A stretch of 15,809 nt of DNA. Origin: Polyangiales bacterium (GTDB lineage Bacteria; Myxococcota_A; Polyangia; Polyangiales; Houyiibacteriaceae). The notes beneath the pieces are model-generated. The model did not search any database. It was not told the DNA's origin and worked only from the letters and a program-made list of their open reading frames with translations. The stretch lies in assembly GCA_045106895.1 (NCBI GenBank), contig JBGCFM010000068.1:1-15809 (forward strand), written 5' to 3'. The position numbers and the translations under genes are program-made. Position 1 is the first letter of the stretch. The number at the start of each line of letters is the position of its first letter. Of the stretch, positions 1 to 8,969 are shown one piece after another.

Positions 1-435
1 GCCCGCATCCTTCGGAGGTGCAGCGTCCGTCGGGCATCCGAAGGACTTCGCCCAGTCTTCAACGTGCCTTCGCGTCCCGACAACGACACGAGAGAATGAG
101 CCGCCTCGGACGAGCTCAACGGCCAAGGCGAGCTCCTCGGAGAAAACGCGAACCCAAAGCGCCGTGGTGAAGAGATGATTCGCCATGAGCGCAGGCGTCG
201 AGGACTCACCGAGCCCGATCCCAGCCGCACCGTCGGCGGAGTCGACAACCGCCCACCATCCGTTCTGCGGCTTGTGAATCGCCACCCCCACCTCGCCTTT
301 TGAGCCGAGCCCCTCCAGTGATCGCGGGTCGGCCTTGCTCAGACGCCCGTCCGCGCGCAACTTCTTCAGCAGCACGTTGGCGGTAATGTCTTCGGCTTCT
401 CGAAAGAAGAGACCCCCAGATATGCGATCGCTCAT
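1..435 (-). CDS. Hypothetical protein, 3' end runs off the window (145+ aa; MSDRISGGLFFREAEDITANVLLKKLRADG...)
   Basis: Translated by hand: stop-free frame from ATG at 435 to base 1. Absent from the ORF track because the stop is outside the window. Extended -10 TGtTATTGT lies 7 nt upstream of the ATG. No family recognised. Confidence 0.65.
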   Translation of the reverse strand, partial: MSDRISGGLFFREAEDITANVLLKKLRADGRLSKADPRSLEGLGSKGEVGVAIHKPQNGWWAVVDSADGAAGIGLGESSTPALMANHLFTTALWVRVFSEELALAVELVRGGSFSRVVVGTRRHVEDWAKSFGCPTDAAPPKDAG

Positions 436-510
436 GCGATGGACAATAACAACACTTCGCGATGACAACCCTGCCCATGTTTTTGGCCGCCCCTGATAGA
501 ACGACAAGAG

Positions 511-1261
511 ATGTATGATCCCAAGGGCAACAGCCGAGAGCGGGCCGCCGCGGCGGTTCAGTTCGCAGAGACTGAGCCCCCACAGCACCTGCGCAGTTTT
601 GTGCACCGCTTCTTGGAGCTCAAGACCGACGGCGTTCTTCCCAGCGAGTATCGCTTTCATGCTCTGCCGGACGCGTGCACCTATGTAGTCTTCGATCAAG
701 ACGACCCGAAGATCGCCGGCACCACGCGCCTCCGCGCATCGTCCGAAGAGCTAAACCTAGGCACACGCTTTCACTACATCAACATCCGCTTTCTTCCGGG
801 CGTTTGGCAGCGCGAAAAGTCGCCCGTGTCCTACGCCATGGTCGACAGCGATTACGCGGGTGAGCTGCCTTTGCTCGAGACAAATCTTCTGCTTCAGGCC
901 CATTCGTTTGAGGACTGCCAAGTGATCTTGACGCGCTTCGTCGAGGAGCTCGCCGCGCGAGAACTGCTCGTGGCCAACCCAATGACCGAGAGGATCTTTG
1001 GGCGCCTCGACGATATCCGACGATATCAACTCCGTCGCCGATATGGCCGAGGCCGCGGGGCTCTCCGCCCGTCAGCTCCAGCGCTCCCTGAAACGAACAA
1101 CGGGTTTCACGCCCCACGACTTTCTAAAGGTACTTCGCCTCCAGCAGGCCCTTCGCGGCGACGCGTCCCTCTCCTACGCCGACCAGTCTCATTTCATTCA
1201 TTCGTTTCGAAAGGCGACGGGCTACACGCCAGGAAAATACGCAAAAAAGTTCGATGTCTGA
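511..1261 (+). pseudogene. AraC-family transcriptional regulator (N-terminal sensor region + HTH), frameshifted by a 10-bp tandem duplication at 1008-1027
   Basis: The N-terminal part (LPDACTYVVF, IRFLPG) is in the 511 frame. The AraC HTH (SVADMAEAAGLSARQLQRSLKRTTGFTP...YADQSHFIHSFRKATGYTPGKY) is in the 998..1261 frame. Removing one CGACGATATC copy gives an intact 246-aa ORF. Confidence 0.85.
1008..1027 (+). repeat. Perfect 10-bp tandem duplication CGACGATATC x2
   Basis: Read directly at 1008-1017 and 1018-1027; coincides with the frameshift point. Confidence 0.95.
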
Positions 1262-1332
1262 AATCTACAATACAGCCCTCGAGTGCCTCGCTACAAAGTC
1301 GTCATCACAAACAACCCAAGAGGGAAACGACA

Positions 1333-1716
1333 ATGACGACGAAGATGAACGCAGCCGGCTGGTTTGATATCTATGTAGAAGACCTCACGCGCGCGGTGAC
1401 TTTCTACGAGGCCGTTCTGGGCCACAAGCTTGCGCCCATCGGCGATCCAACGGGCGAGACTCAGATGATGAGTTTCCCAGCAGATATGGGCGCGTATGGC
1501 GCAGGTGGCGCGCTGACGAAGTCGCCGCACGGCAGGCCCGGCGCGGGCGGCACCGTTATCTACTTTTCGTGCGAAAACTGCGCTGCGGAAGAAGCACGTG
1601 TCGTCGACGCGGGTGGCGTCGTGATCCGTCCAAAGTTCTCCATCGGCGAATTTGGCTGGGTGACCCTCATTCAAGACACCGAAGGGAATATCGTCGGGCT
1701 TAGCTCCATGCAGTAA
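1333..1716 (+). CDS. VOC/glyoxalase/bleomycin-resistance family protein (127 aa)
   Basis: WFDIYVEDLTRAVTFYEAVLG...VIYF...AGG...IGEFGWVTLIQDTEGNIVGL is a typical VOC pattern. It has its own SD-like GAGGG and ATG at 1333. It forms the C-terminal part of the chimeric 511..1716 ORF. Confidence 0.9.
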   Translation: MTTKMNAAGWFDIYVEDLTRAVTFYEAVLGHKLAPIGDPTGETQMMSFPADMGAYGAGGALTKSPHGRPGAGGTVIYFSCENCAAEEARVVDAGGVVIRPKFSIGEFGWVTLIQDTEGNIVGLSSMQ

Positions 1717-1785
1717 CTCCGTGGCTTAGCGGCGTGAAATCGAAGGAGCGCGGCCGAGGGCCCATCGCTCTGATACACTGCAGTC

Positions 1786-2895
1786 GTGTCACTGAAGATC
1801 GGACAGGACCACACTCGCTTCCGAAACATCGTTCGCGGAAAGATCCGTAAGAACCTGAAGAAGTACGTCTCCCAAGGCGAACTCATCGGTCGCCAGGGCA
1901 AAGACACCGTCTCCATCCCTATTCCGCAAATTGACATACCCAAGTTTCGCTTCGCCGATGAGCAGCAAGGCGGGGTAGGTCAGGGCGAAGGCGAAGAAGG
2001 AGACGGCGTCGGCCAGGGCCAGGGGAAACCCGGCGATGGAAAAGAAGCGGGCCAAGGCGCCGGCGAGCACATGTTGGAAGTCGAGGTCACCCTCGACGAG
2101 CTCGCCGACATCTTGGGCGAGGAGCTAGCGCTGCCGGCCATCGAGCCGAAGGGCAAAGCCACCGTCGTCGACCAGAAAGATCGTTACGTCGGTATTCGAA
2201 GCGTCGGACCCAACTCGCTGAGGCACTTCAAGCGCACCTTCAAGATTGCGCTGCGGCGCCAGATCGCTTTGGGGAGCTACGACAAGGAGCGGCCCATCAT
2301 CATCCCAACGAAAGACGACATGCGCTTTCGTTCGTGGAAGACCGACGAAGAGCCCGTGGCCAACGCCGCCATTATCTACATGATGGATGTGTCCGGTTCG
2401 ATGGGCGACGAGCAGAAAGAGATCGTCCGCATCGAGTCGTTCTGGCTCGATACCTGGCTAAAGAAACAATACAAAGGCATCGAGACGCGCTTCGTCATCC
2501 ACGACGCGGTGGCTCGCGAAGTCGACCGCGACACGTTCTTCTCCACGCGCGAGAGCGGCGGCACCATGATCTCAAGCGCGTACAAAGCGTGCGCCGACAT
2601 CATCGACGCGGACTACCCGCCGAGCGAGTGGAACATCTACCCCTTCCATTTCTCCGACGGCGACAACTGGTCCGTCGATGACACGCTCCTCTGCGTCGAC
2701 ATCCTCAAGAACAAGCTCCTGCCGGCATCGAATGTCTTCTGTTATGGCCAGGTCGAGAGCCCCTACGGCAGCGGTCAGTTCATCAAAGACCTCAAAGAAC
2801 ACTTCGGCGACGACGAGCGTGTCATCACCAGCGAGATCGCCGACCGCGAAGCGATCCTCGGCTCCATCGGTGACTTCCTGTCCAAGGGTAAATAG
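1786..2895 (+). CDS. yeaH: YeaH/YhbH (DUF444) family vWA-domain protein
   Basis: DHTRF N-terminus, Gly-rich GQGEG linker, MDVSGSM MIDAS motif, [11 protein letters not shown] and FSDGDNW motifs; directly upstream of spoVR. Confidence 0.93.
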   Translation: MSLKIGQDHTRFRNIVRGKIRKNLKKYVSQGELIGRQGKDTVSIPIPQIDIPKFRFADEQQGGVGQGEGEEGDGVGQGQGKPGDGKEAGQGAGEHMLEVEVTLDELADILGEELALPAIEPKGKATVVDQKDRYVGIRSVGPNSLRHFKRTFKIALRRQIALGSYDKERPIIIPTKDDMRFRSWKTDEEPVANAAIIYMMDVSGSMGDEQKEIVRIESFWLDTWLKKQYKGIETRFVIHDAVAREVDRDTFFSTRESGGTMISSAYKACADIIDADYPPSEWNIYPFHFSDGDNWSVDDTLLCVDILKNKLLPASNVFCYGQVESPYGSGQFIKDLKEHFGDDERVITSEIADREAILGSIGDFLSKGK

Positions 2896-4437
2896 ATGAG
2901 CGCGTTCAAGTTCCAGCGCAGGCTGCCCACGTATCTCCTCGAAGAGCAGAAGCGCGTCGAAGGCTTCGCGCGAGAAGCCGGTCTCGACTTCTATCCGACG
3001 ATGTTCGAGATGCTGGCTTACGACCAGATGAACGAGATCGCTGCCTACGGCGGTTTCCCCACGCGCTACCCGCATTGGCGCTTTGGCATGGAGTACGAGC
3101 AGCTCAGCAAGAGCGCGGAGTATGGCCTCTCGAAGATCTACGAGATGGTCATCAACAACAATCCGTCCATCGCCTACCTCCTCGAAGGCAACAGCCTCGT
3201 CGATCAGAAGCTCGTAATGGCCCACGTGTACGGGCACGTCGATTTCTTCAAGAACAACTTCGCCTTCTCCGCGACGGATCAAGGCAAAAACCGGCGCACC
3301 GGCGCGGCGGTCCGCAAGTGGGTCGACACCATGGCCAACCATGGGTCCATCGTTCGCAAGTGGAGCGGACGCATCGGCGTGGAGAACGTCGAGTCTTTCC
3401 TCGACGCGTGCCTGAGCCTTGAGAACCTCATCGATCCGCAGAAGCCCTTCGAGCCACCACCGGCGAACACCGCGCAGTCGTCCACGGACGAGCCAAGCGA
3501 GGACAACGACGAGCTGCACCTCCTTCGGGTGGAACGCGACTACATGGAGTCCTTCATCAACCCCGATGAGTTCGTCCAAGCGGAGCGAGCGCGTATGGAG
3601 CGGGAGAAGGCCGCCGCGAAGACCTTCCCGGGTTCGCCAGACCGCGACGTCCTCGGGTTTCTGATTCGCCACGCGCCCCTCGATCGCTGGGAACGCGACG
3701 TGCTCACGGTGATTCGTCGCGAGGCCTACTATTTTTTGCCGCAGATGCAGACGAAGATCATGAACGAGGGGTGGGCGAGCTACTGGCACTCTCGTTTGAT
3801 GACGGAGAAGATCTGCGACGCCTCGGAGATCATCGACTACGCCGAGCGTAACGCCGGCGTCATGGCGACCTCCGGCGGACGGCTCAACCCCTACAAGCTC
3901 GGCGTCGAGCTCTATCGGAACGTCGAAGAGCGATGGAACCGCGGACAGTTCGGCAAAGAGTGGGACGAGTGCGACGACTACGACGCACGACGCCACTGGG
4001 ACAGGCGCACGGGTCTTGGCCGCGAGAAGATCTTCGAAGTCCGCAAGCTCTACACCGACGTCACCTTCGTCGCCGAATACCTCACGCCGGACTTCGTGGC
4101 CCAGCAGAAGATGTACGCGTTTGGTTTCAACGACCGAAACGGCCGCTACGAGATCGAGACCCGGCAGTTTGAACAGGTCAAAAAGCGACTCATCTCGCAG
4201 CTCACGAACGCCGGTAACCCCGTGATTCGTGTCCTCGACGCCAACCACGGCAACCGCGGCGAGCTGCTCATGGGCCACGACCACCAAGGCGTGGACCTGC
4301 GCCTCGACTGGGCCCAGGAAGTCATGAACTCCGTGTCTCGGGTTTGGAAACGACCCGTGGAGATCCACACCGTCGTCGACAAGAAGCCCACGACGCTTCG
4401 CTTCGACAAGGGCGAATACACGCAGAAGCCGCGCTAG
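2896..4437 (+). CDS. spoVR: SpoVR/YcgB family protein
   Basis: YPHWRFG, IYEMVIN, AHVYGHVDFFKNN, YFLPQMQTKIMNEGWASYWH and NPYKLG motifs. The ATG immediately follows the yeaH stop. Confidence 0.95.
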   Translation: MSAFKFQRRLPTYLLEEQKRVEGFAREAGLDFYPTMFEMLAYDQMNEIAAYGGFPTRYPHWRFGMEYEQLSKSAEYGLSKIYEMVINNNPSIAYLLEGNSLVDQKLVMAHVYGHVDFFKNNFAFSATDQGKNRRTGAAVRKWVDTMANHGSIVRKWSGRIGVENVESFLDACLSLENLIDPQKPFEPPPANTAQSSTDEPSEDNDELHLLRVERDYMESFINPDEFVQAERARMEREKAAAKTFPGSPDRDVLGFLIRHAPLDRWERDVLTVIRREAYYFLPQMQTKIMNEGWASYWHSRLMTEKICDASEIIDYAERNAGVMATSGGRLNPYKLGVELYRNVEERWNRGQFGKEWDECDDYDARRHWDRRTGLGREKIFEVRKLYTDVTFVAEYLTPDFVAQQKMYAFGFNDRNGRYEIETRQFEQVKKRLISQLTNAGNPVIRVLDANHGNRGELLMGHDHQGVDLRLDWAQEVMNSVSRVWKRPVEIHTVVDKKPTTLRFDKGEYTQKPR

Positions 4438-4805
4438 CTCGGCGGATCCTGTGCGTCTTTCCGCAGCTCGGAGAAATCGATGGCGTCATCAAGGTTGCCA
4501 AGGTCGACGGTGCCGCCGCCCTGATCCGGCGTCCAGCCTCGCGCCAGAGCAATGAGGATGGTCTGTCGGGTCACATAGGGCGGGACCGTGTCAAACCCGC
4601 GACGCATAGAATGGCCGACGGCGTGGTAGGCGTCCTCAATGATGGAAAACGTGTAGTCCGCACAGACTTTTTGGCGCGCGTCGTCGGCCCGCTCGATGAT
4701 CATGTGGCAGAAGTCCTCACCATCGTCCTTCCAGCCATGCGCCATGTACCGATAGGTCGTTCCATGAACATGAATGGTGCGCGTGCCCTTCTTCGGAAGT
4801 GCCAT
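4434..4805 (-). CDS. Hypothetical protein (123 aa; MALPKKGTRTIHVHGTTYRYM...)
   Basis: ORF fills the gap. Its stop overlaps the spoVR stop (CTAG). ATG 4805 chosen because TAAGAT lies 7 nt upstream. Confidence 0.7.
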   Translation of the reverse strand: MALPKKGTRTIHVHGTTYRYMAHGWKDDGEDFCHMIIERADDARQKVCADYTFSIIEDAYHAVGHSMRRGFDTVPPYVTRQTILIALARGWTPDQGGGTVDLGNLDDAIDFSELRKDAQDPPS

Positions 4806-4878
4806 GGAGACAATCTTAGCCGAAGAGGCCCCACTCGGAGAAGTTGCGCTCTGTGCGGCGAATGCGCACCCTGAATGC

Positions 4879-5187
4879 ATGTTTCGGACGTTAGTGCTCA
4901 TCGCGGGGGTTGTTCTGGTCGCGCCTTTCGACGCGATGGCCGACGAAGTCGAAGGACCACGCTGCGTCGAGGTTCGTAAGTCCGCCCCTTACCGCGGTTT
5001 CGGTCACCACCACATCGTCACCGTTCGCAACACCTGTGACGACGATGTCCGCTGCCGAATCTCCACGAATGTCACGCCGCAGACCCACAGCATCACGGTG
5101 GCCGCAGGCGAAGAAGACAGCGTGATCACGCGAACAGGCTCGCCGGCGTCGGTTTTCGAAGCCCTCGTGGACTGCGAAACGCAATAG
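4879..5187 (+). CDS. Small secreted protein with four Cys (102 aa)
   Basis: Signal peptide-like N-terminus MFRTLVLIAGVVLVAPFDAMA with an AMA cleavage site; beta-rich mature region with 4 Cys. Confidence 0.75.
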   Translation: MFRTLVLIAGVVLVAPFDAMADEVEGPRCVEVRKSAPYRGFGHHHIVTVRNTCDDDVRCRISTNVTPQTHSITVAAGEEDSVITRTGSPASVFEALVDCETQ

Positions 5188-5210
5188 GCGGACTGCGAAA
5201 CGTCATAGGG
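5169..5210 (+). repeat. Imperfect 21-bp tandem repeat spanning the stop codon
   Basis: GGACTGCGAAACGCAATAGGC / GGACTGCGAAACGTCATAGGG, 18/21 identical. Confidence 0.85.
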
Positions 5211-5260
5211 AGCACGAATTCTCGCGAGTCCTGGGCGGCCGCTGCTAAGGTCGCTCTCCA

Positions 5261-6814
5261 ATGAAGCGCGACATCTACGCCGATCTCTTGAGTGACACGC
5301 GCGGAATGCGCCGTGACCAGGCGAAGGCGCGTGACCGCTGGTATGCAGAGCTTGAGCTCGACCAAAAAGAGGCGCGTCTTTTCGAGCTTGAGATGCTCCT
5401 CAAGAGCTTCGCCTGCTTTACAAACCCGAGAAATCACACGGGTGTTCCAGGCTCCATCGCCATCGCCGCGCACGACTATCGGCACGAGTTGCGTGTGATC
5501 AGCGCCGGCGTCGAGCGAGCCAGTCACTGCATGCGTGACCTGCTGGGTGAACGCGACCGAGCGTTTGTCTTTAGCCGCTACTTAGAGACGGTGATGCCCG
5601 AAGACGGCGCCCGGCATGAGCTGCTGCAACACCAGCTCACGCAGTTCACCCCCGAGGAGTCACTCTTTGTGCTGCGAAATGCCTTCGCCGCGTTTGGTGA
5701 GCTCGCCTCGGGCCTTCGTGATCTCGGACGCATTCCTCATCGCGTTCACACCTCGCTGACCAACACCATCACGCGAGAGATCGCGCGCAGTGACTACTTC
5801 AACCCCTTGGTCACGCTCGAGTTTCGCCCCGAATTCGATCGAATTCGCAGCGCGCCAATCCTGACAGCGCTCCACTCGGCGACGGCCCACGCACATCGCG
5901 TCCTCGCGCTGACTTTCCTGGCGCTCTTTCGCCTGATTCGTTACCTCAACCTCGTAGACACCTACGCCAAGGACCCACGAACAGAGCGACTGGCTCTTTT
6001 GATCCTCGCGGTCTTCCGAAGCGACGCCCGCGCACTCTGCTACCAGCTTGAAGAACGAACCGGCGGCGCGCTGGCAAAGAGCTTCGAGGAACGCATCTAC
6101 TCCGTCTCCGCCGTGAGTATTCATCGCGAGCACGAGACACTTCACAAAGAGATGGAGACGCTCGACTCACTTCGCGGAACCCTCGAAGCCGTGGGCCAGA
6201 GCATTCGCCTCGAAGGCGCGCTCGTCCTCACCAACGAGCTGCCGACCCCCGAAGAAGCGCCGCGCGACGGTACTCTGGGCCCCCGCCTGGTCATCGCAAG
6301 CGCCTCACTTCGGGCGATTCTCCACCATGGAATCGTGAGCGTGGCGAACGAACTTGACGACTCTTTGGAGCTTGGAGACCTCGGCTCCCAAGAGAAGCTC
6401 GCCCTCGAATCAAGCCTCCGACTTCGCCGCGACGTGTGGGGCTTCCGCCAGGTGCTCCGCGCGTTCCTCGCGAAAGCCGACGGCGCCGCCGTGGTCACAG
6501 ACCAATGGAATAGCTACGCGAACTTCTCCTACGTGCGTGAGTTCCTCGAACACTTTCGCGCCATCGGTTACCAGCTCGCGCGACGAAGCGACTACCCCGC
6601 CTTCGACCGCTTCCTCGACAGCGTCGGACGACTTCGTGAGGTCGACCTCCTCGACCCAGAGCGCATGGACGAAGTCATCGAAGAGTGCCGCCGCTTCATG
6701 AAGTACCTCGGCGAGCTTTTCCGGCGCATCAACCGCCGAGCCGACCTCGCTCCGCATCCATTCGACCGCTTGCAGGCAGCGGAGCACCTCCGGCTCTACC
6801 TCGGCGCCGCCTGA
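5261..6814 (+). CDS. Hypothetical, probably alpha-helical protein (517 aa)
   Basis: Long ORF with protein-like, Leu/Arg/Glu/Ala-rich composition; no recognised motif. Confidence 0.85.
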   Translation: MKRDIYADLLSDTRGMRRDQAKARDRWYAELELDQKEARLFELEMLLKSFACFTNPRNHTGVPGSIAIAAHDYRHELRVISAGVERASHCMRDLLGERDRAFVFSRYLETVMPEDGARHELLQHQLTQFTPEESLFVLRNAFAAFGELASGLRDLGRIPHRVHTSLTNTITREIARSDYFNPLVTLEFRPEFDRIRSAPILTALHSATAHAHRVLALTFLALFRLIRYLNLVDTYAKDPRTERLALLILAVFRSDARALCYQLEERTGGALAKSFEERIYSVSAVSIHREHETLHKEMETLDSLRGTLEAVGQSIRLEGALVLTNELPTPEEAPRDGTLGPRLVIASASLRAILHHGIVSVANELDDSLELGDLGSQEKLALESSLRLRRDVWGFRQVLRAFLAKADGAAVVTDQWNSYANFSYVREFLEHFRAIGYQLARRSDYPAFDRFLDSVGRLREVDLLDPERMDEVIEECRRFMKYLGELFRRINRRADLAPHPFDRLQAAEHLRLYLGAA

Positions 6815-6843
6815 GCTGTTCCGCCAGGCCTGTTCGGGCCGCT

Positions 6844-7146
6844 CTAGCGGACCGGCGTGGATTCCTGTGGGAACTGGAAGACAAGTTCGCCATCGCGGAC
6901 CATGCCCAGCTCATCGCGGGCGACGGACTCAATGGCGTTCGGATCGTTACGAAGGCGCTCTACCTGGCGCATCAGCGCGCCGGCGCGGCGGTCCAGTTCG
7001 ACATTCCGCTCTTTGACCTGCTCAAGCTCCGTACGCAGCTGGCGGTAGCGCGGCAGACCTTGCTCATCGAGGATCTGCAAGGGCACGACGACGACCGCCA
7101 TGACGAGGAGCGCAAAGGGGAGCACCCACGCTGAAGAACCCTGCAT
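6844..7146 (-). CDS. ftsB: Septum formation initiator FtsB/DivIC family protein (about 100 aa)
   Basis: Single N-terminal TM helix, coiled coil, and C-terminal IESVARDELGMVRDGELVFQF matching the FtsB/DivIC signature. The start is uncertain (7146 vs 7182). Confidence 0.85.
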   Translation of the reverse strand: MQGSSAWVLPFALLVMAVVVVPLQILDEQGLPRYRQLRTELEQVKERNVELDRRAGALMRQVERLRNDPNAIESVARDELGMVRDGELVFQFPQESTPVR

Positions 7147-7264
7147 GGGTGGACCGTCGCAAAAGTACTCCTTCGCCGCCAATTATCGGCCAGATTTGCA
7201 GTTCTGCCCTCGCCAAAAGGCGCCCAAGGGCGGTCTTGCCAAGGCCGTGCTACTTTCCGCCCTT

Positions 7265-8299
7265 GTGAGTGAGCTGAGCCACCGAGGACGTCGCATCCTC
7301 TACGTTGCGATCACCGAGTATATCCAGAGCGGTGAGCCCGTCGGCTCGCGGACGCTGGCCAAACGTGACGGCATCGACCTCTCGCCCGCCACGATTCGCA
7401 ACGAGCTCGCCGACCTCGAAGAAGCAGGCTTTCTCCACCAGCCCCACACGTCCTCCGGCCGCGTGCCGACGACAAGGGGTTTCCGGGTATTCGTGGACGC
7501 CCTGGTGCAGATGCGCGAGGTCTCCGCGAGCGACCGGGCCGTGGTGATGCAACGCCTCGACAAGATGCAGCCCGGCAGCGACGTGCTCAGTGAGGCGGGC
7601 GAACTCCTCAGCGCACTCACCGGCGCCGCCGCCGTCGTCACCGGGCCCAAGCCGGAAGAAGAGCGGCTCGCTCAGCTACGTTTCATGCCGCTTCGCGAAG
7701 GCCAGCTCCTGGCCATCCTGGTGACCAAAGGCGGCGCGGTTCAGAATCGCGTTGTGGCCATCCCGGACGGGTTTGACCCAGAGGGCGTTGAGCGGATTCA
7801 TAACCTCTTGGACGAGCTCCTCCAGGAGGCGCCGCTGAGCCTTGTCGCGGTGCGCGATGAGCTCGCCAGTGAGATCGGCGCCGCCGAGGGAGCCGTCAAG
7901 AGCCTCCGAGAGAAGGCCCGAGCCATCATCGACGCCGCCGTCGACAACGACCAGCAGCCCACCTCGCTCGTCATCGAAGGCCAAGATCGCCTCTTCGACC
8001 GCCCTGAATTCCTCGATGCGGACAAGATTCGCCGCTACCTGCGGGCATTTGACGACAAAGGCCGGCTCGTCGATCTCCTCGAAGAGACCCTTGCCGCGGG
8101 AGGCGTCCGCGTGCTTATCGGCTCCGAAGCTGGTCTCGGCGACGTGGAAGACGTCAGCATCATCTCCAGCAGTTTCCGGAAGAGCGGCTCCCTTGGGGTC
8201 ATCGGGCCCACCCGAATGGACTATGGCAAAGTAGTGCCACTCGTAGAATTTACCGCAAAAGCGGTAGGTCAGGTCCTTGCGAACGCGGACGAAGACTGA
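7265..8299 (+). CDS. hrcA: Heat-inducible transcription repressor HrcA (344 aa)
   Basis: EPVGSRTL, LSPATIRNELADLEEAGFLHQPHTSSGRVPT and LGVIGPTRMDY motifs. GTG 7265 gives the usual N-terminus. Upstream of grpE-dnaK. Confidence 0.96.
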   Translation: MSELSHRGRRILYVAITEYIQSGEPVGSRTLAKRDGIDLSPATIRNELADLEEAGFLHQPHTSSGRVPTTRGFRVFVDALVQMREVSASDRAVVMQRLDKMQPGSDVLSEAGELLSALTGAAAVVTGPKPEEERLAQLRFMPLREGQLLAILVTKGGAVQNRVVAIPDGFDPEGVERIHNLLDELLQEAPLSLVAVRDELASEIGAAEGAVKSLREKARAIIDAAVDNDQQPTSLVIEGQDRLFDRPEFLDADKIRRYLRAFDDKGRLVDLLEETLAAGGVRVLIGSEAGLGDVEDVSIISSSFRKSGSLGVIGPTRMDYGKVVPLVEFTAKAVGQVLANADED

Positions 8300-8392
8300 A
8301 CGAAAAGTGAACGCCGTTTTCCTCACAGGTTCTGTGACTCATGCGCCCAAATCGAGTTATCGTCCCCTCTGATTTCCAGGAGTGACAGGCAC

Positions 8393-8956
8393 GTGACGAC
8401 ATCGACCGAAGAGACTGAAAATACGATCCCCCAGCCCGCGGCGGATGGCGAGCCTTTAGAGCAAGTTGAAGTAGCCCCTGAGGTGGAAGAAAAGCCGAAG
8501 GGACCCGACGCGCAGGCGCAGATCACACGTCTGAAAGAGCAGCTTCTGCGAACCGCAGCGGACTTTGACAACTTTCGGAAGCGAGCGCGCAGAGACGTCG
8601 AGGAAGCATCCCGACGTTCCAAAGAGCAGGCGGTCTCCGAGCTGCTCCCCTTGGTCGACAACCTCGAACGAGCGGTGGAATCCGCTGGGGGTGCAACGGA
8701 TGTCGAAGCCGTCACGAGCGGTATCAAGATGGTGCTGCGCTCGTTCTCCGACATCGCCGGCAGGCTCGGCCTGGAGCGCGTAGACGCAGTGGGCCAAGTC
8801 TTCGACCCCAACCTGCACGACGCCGTGCAGCAGGTGGAAACCGATGAGCACCCGCCCGGAACCATCGTCACCGAGATCACGCCCGGCTACCGGCTTGGTG
8901 ACAAGCTTCTTCGTGCGGCGCTCGTCGTCGTATCTCGCCCCCCATCTGGAAACTAA
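8393..8956 (+). CDS. grpE: Nucleotide exchange factor GrpE
   Basis: LRTAADFDNFRKR, LLPLVDNLERA, FDPNLHDAV and GYRLGDKLLRAALVVV motifs; SD AGGAG at 8378-8382. Confidence 0.96.
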   Translation: MTTSTEETENTIPQPAADGEPLEQVEVAPEVEEKPKGPDAQAQITRLKEQLLRTAADFDNFRKRARRDVEEASRRSKEQAVSELLPLVDNLERAVESAGGATDVEAVTSGIKMVLRSFSDIAGRLGLERVDAVGQVFDPNLHDAVQQVETDEHPPGTIVTEITPGYRLGDKLLRAALVVVSRPPSGN

Positions 8957-8969
8957 GGGGAGCTGAACG

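Noticed and set aside
206..583. 125-aa minus-strand ORF
   Set aside because: Arg/Gly/Cys-rich alternative frame; the 1..435 frame is more protein-like and has a correctly placed promoter motif.
511..1716. 401-aa ORF as a genuine evolved fusion protein
   Set aside because: The middle segment is out-of-frame AraC HTH sequence, and the VOC part has its own SD and ATG.
1965..2070. Repetitive GGC/CAG-rich stretch
   Set aside because: It encodes the normal Gly-rich linker of YeaH-family proteins.
2572..4368. 598-aa antisense ORF, and similar long antisense ORFs over hrcA, grpE, dnaK and TROVE
   Set aside because: These are shadow ORFs opposite well-supported genes, expected from high-GC codon bias, and show no protein motifs.
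8334..8360. GTGACTC-N13-GAGTTAT as a CIRCE before grpE
   Set aside because: The spacer is 13 nt rather than 9 and the arms match poorly.
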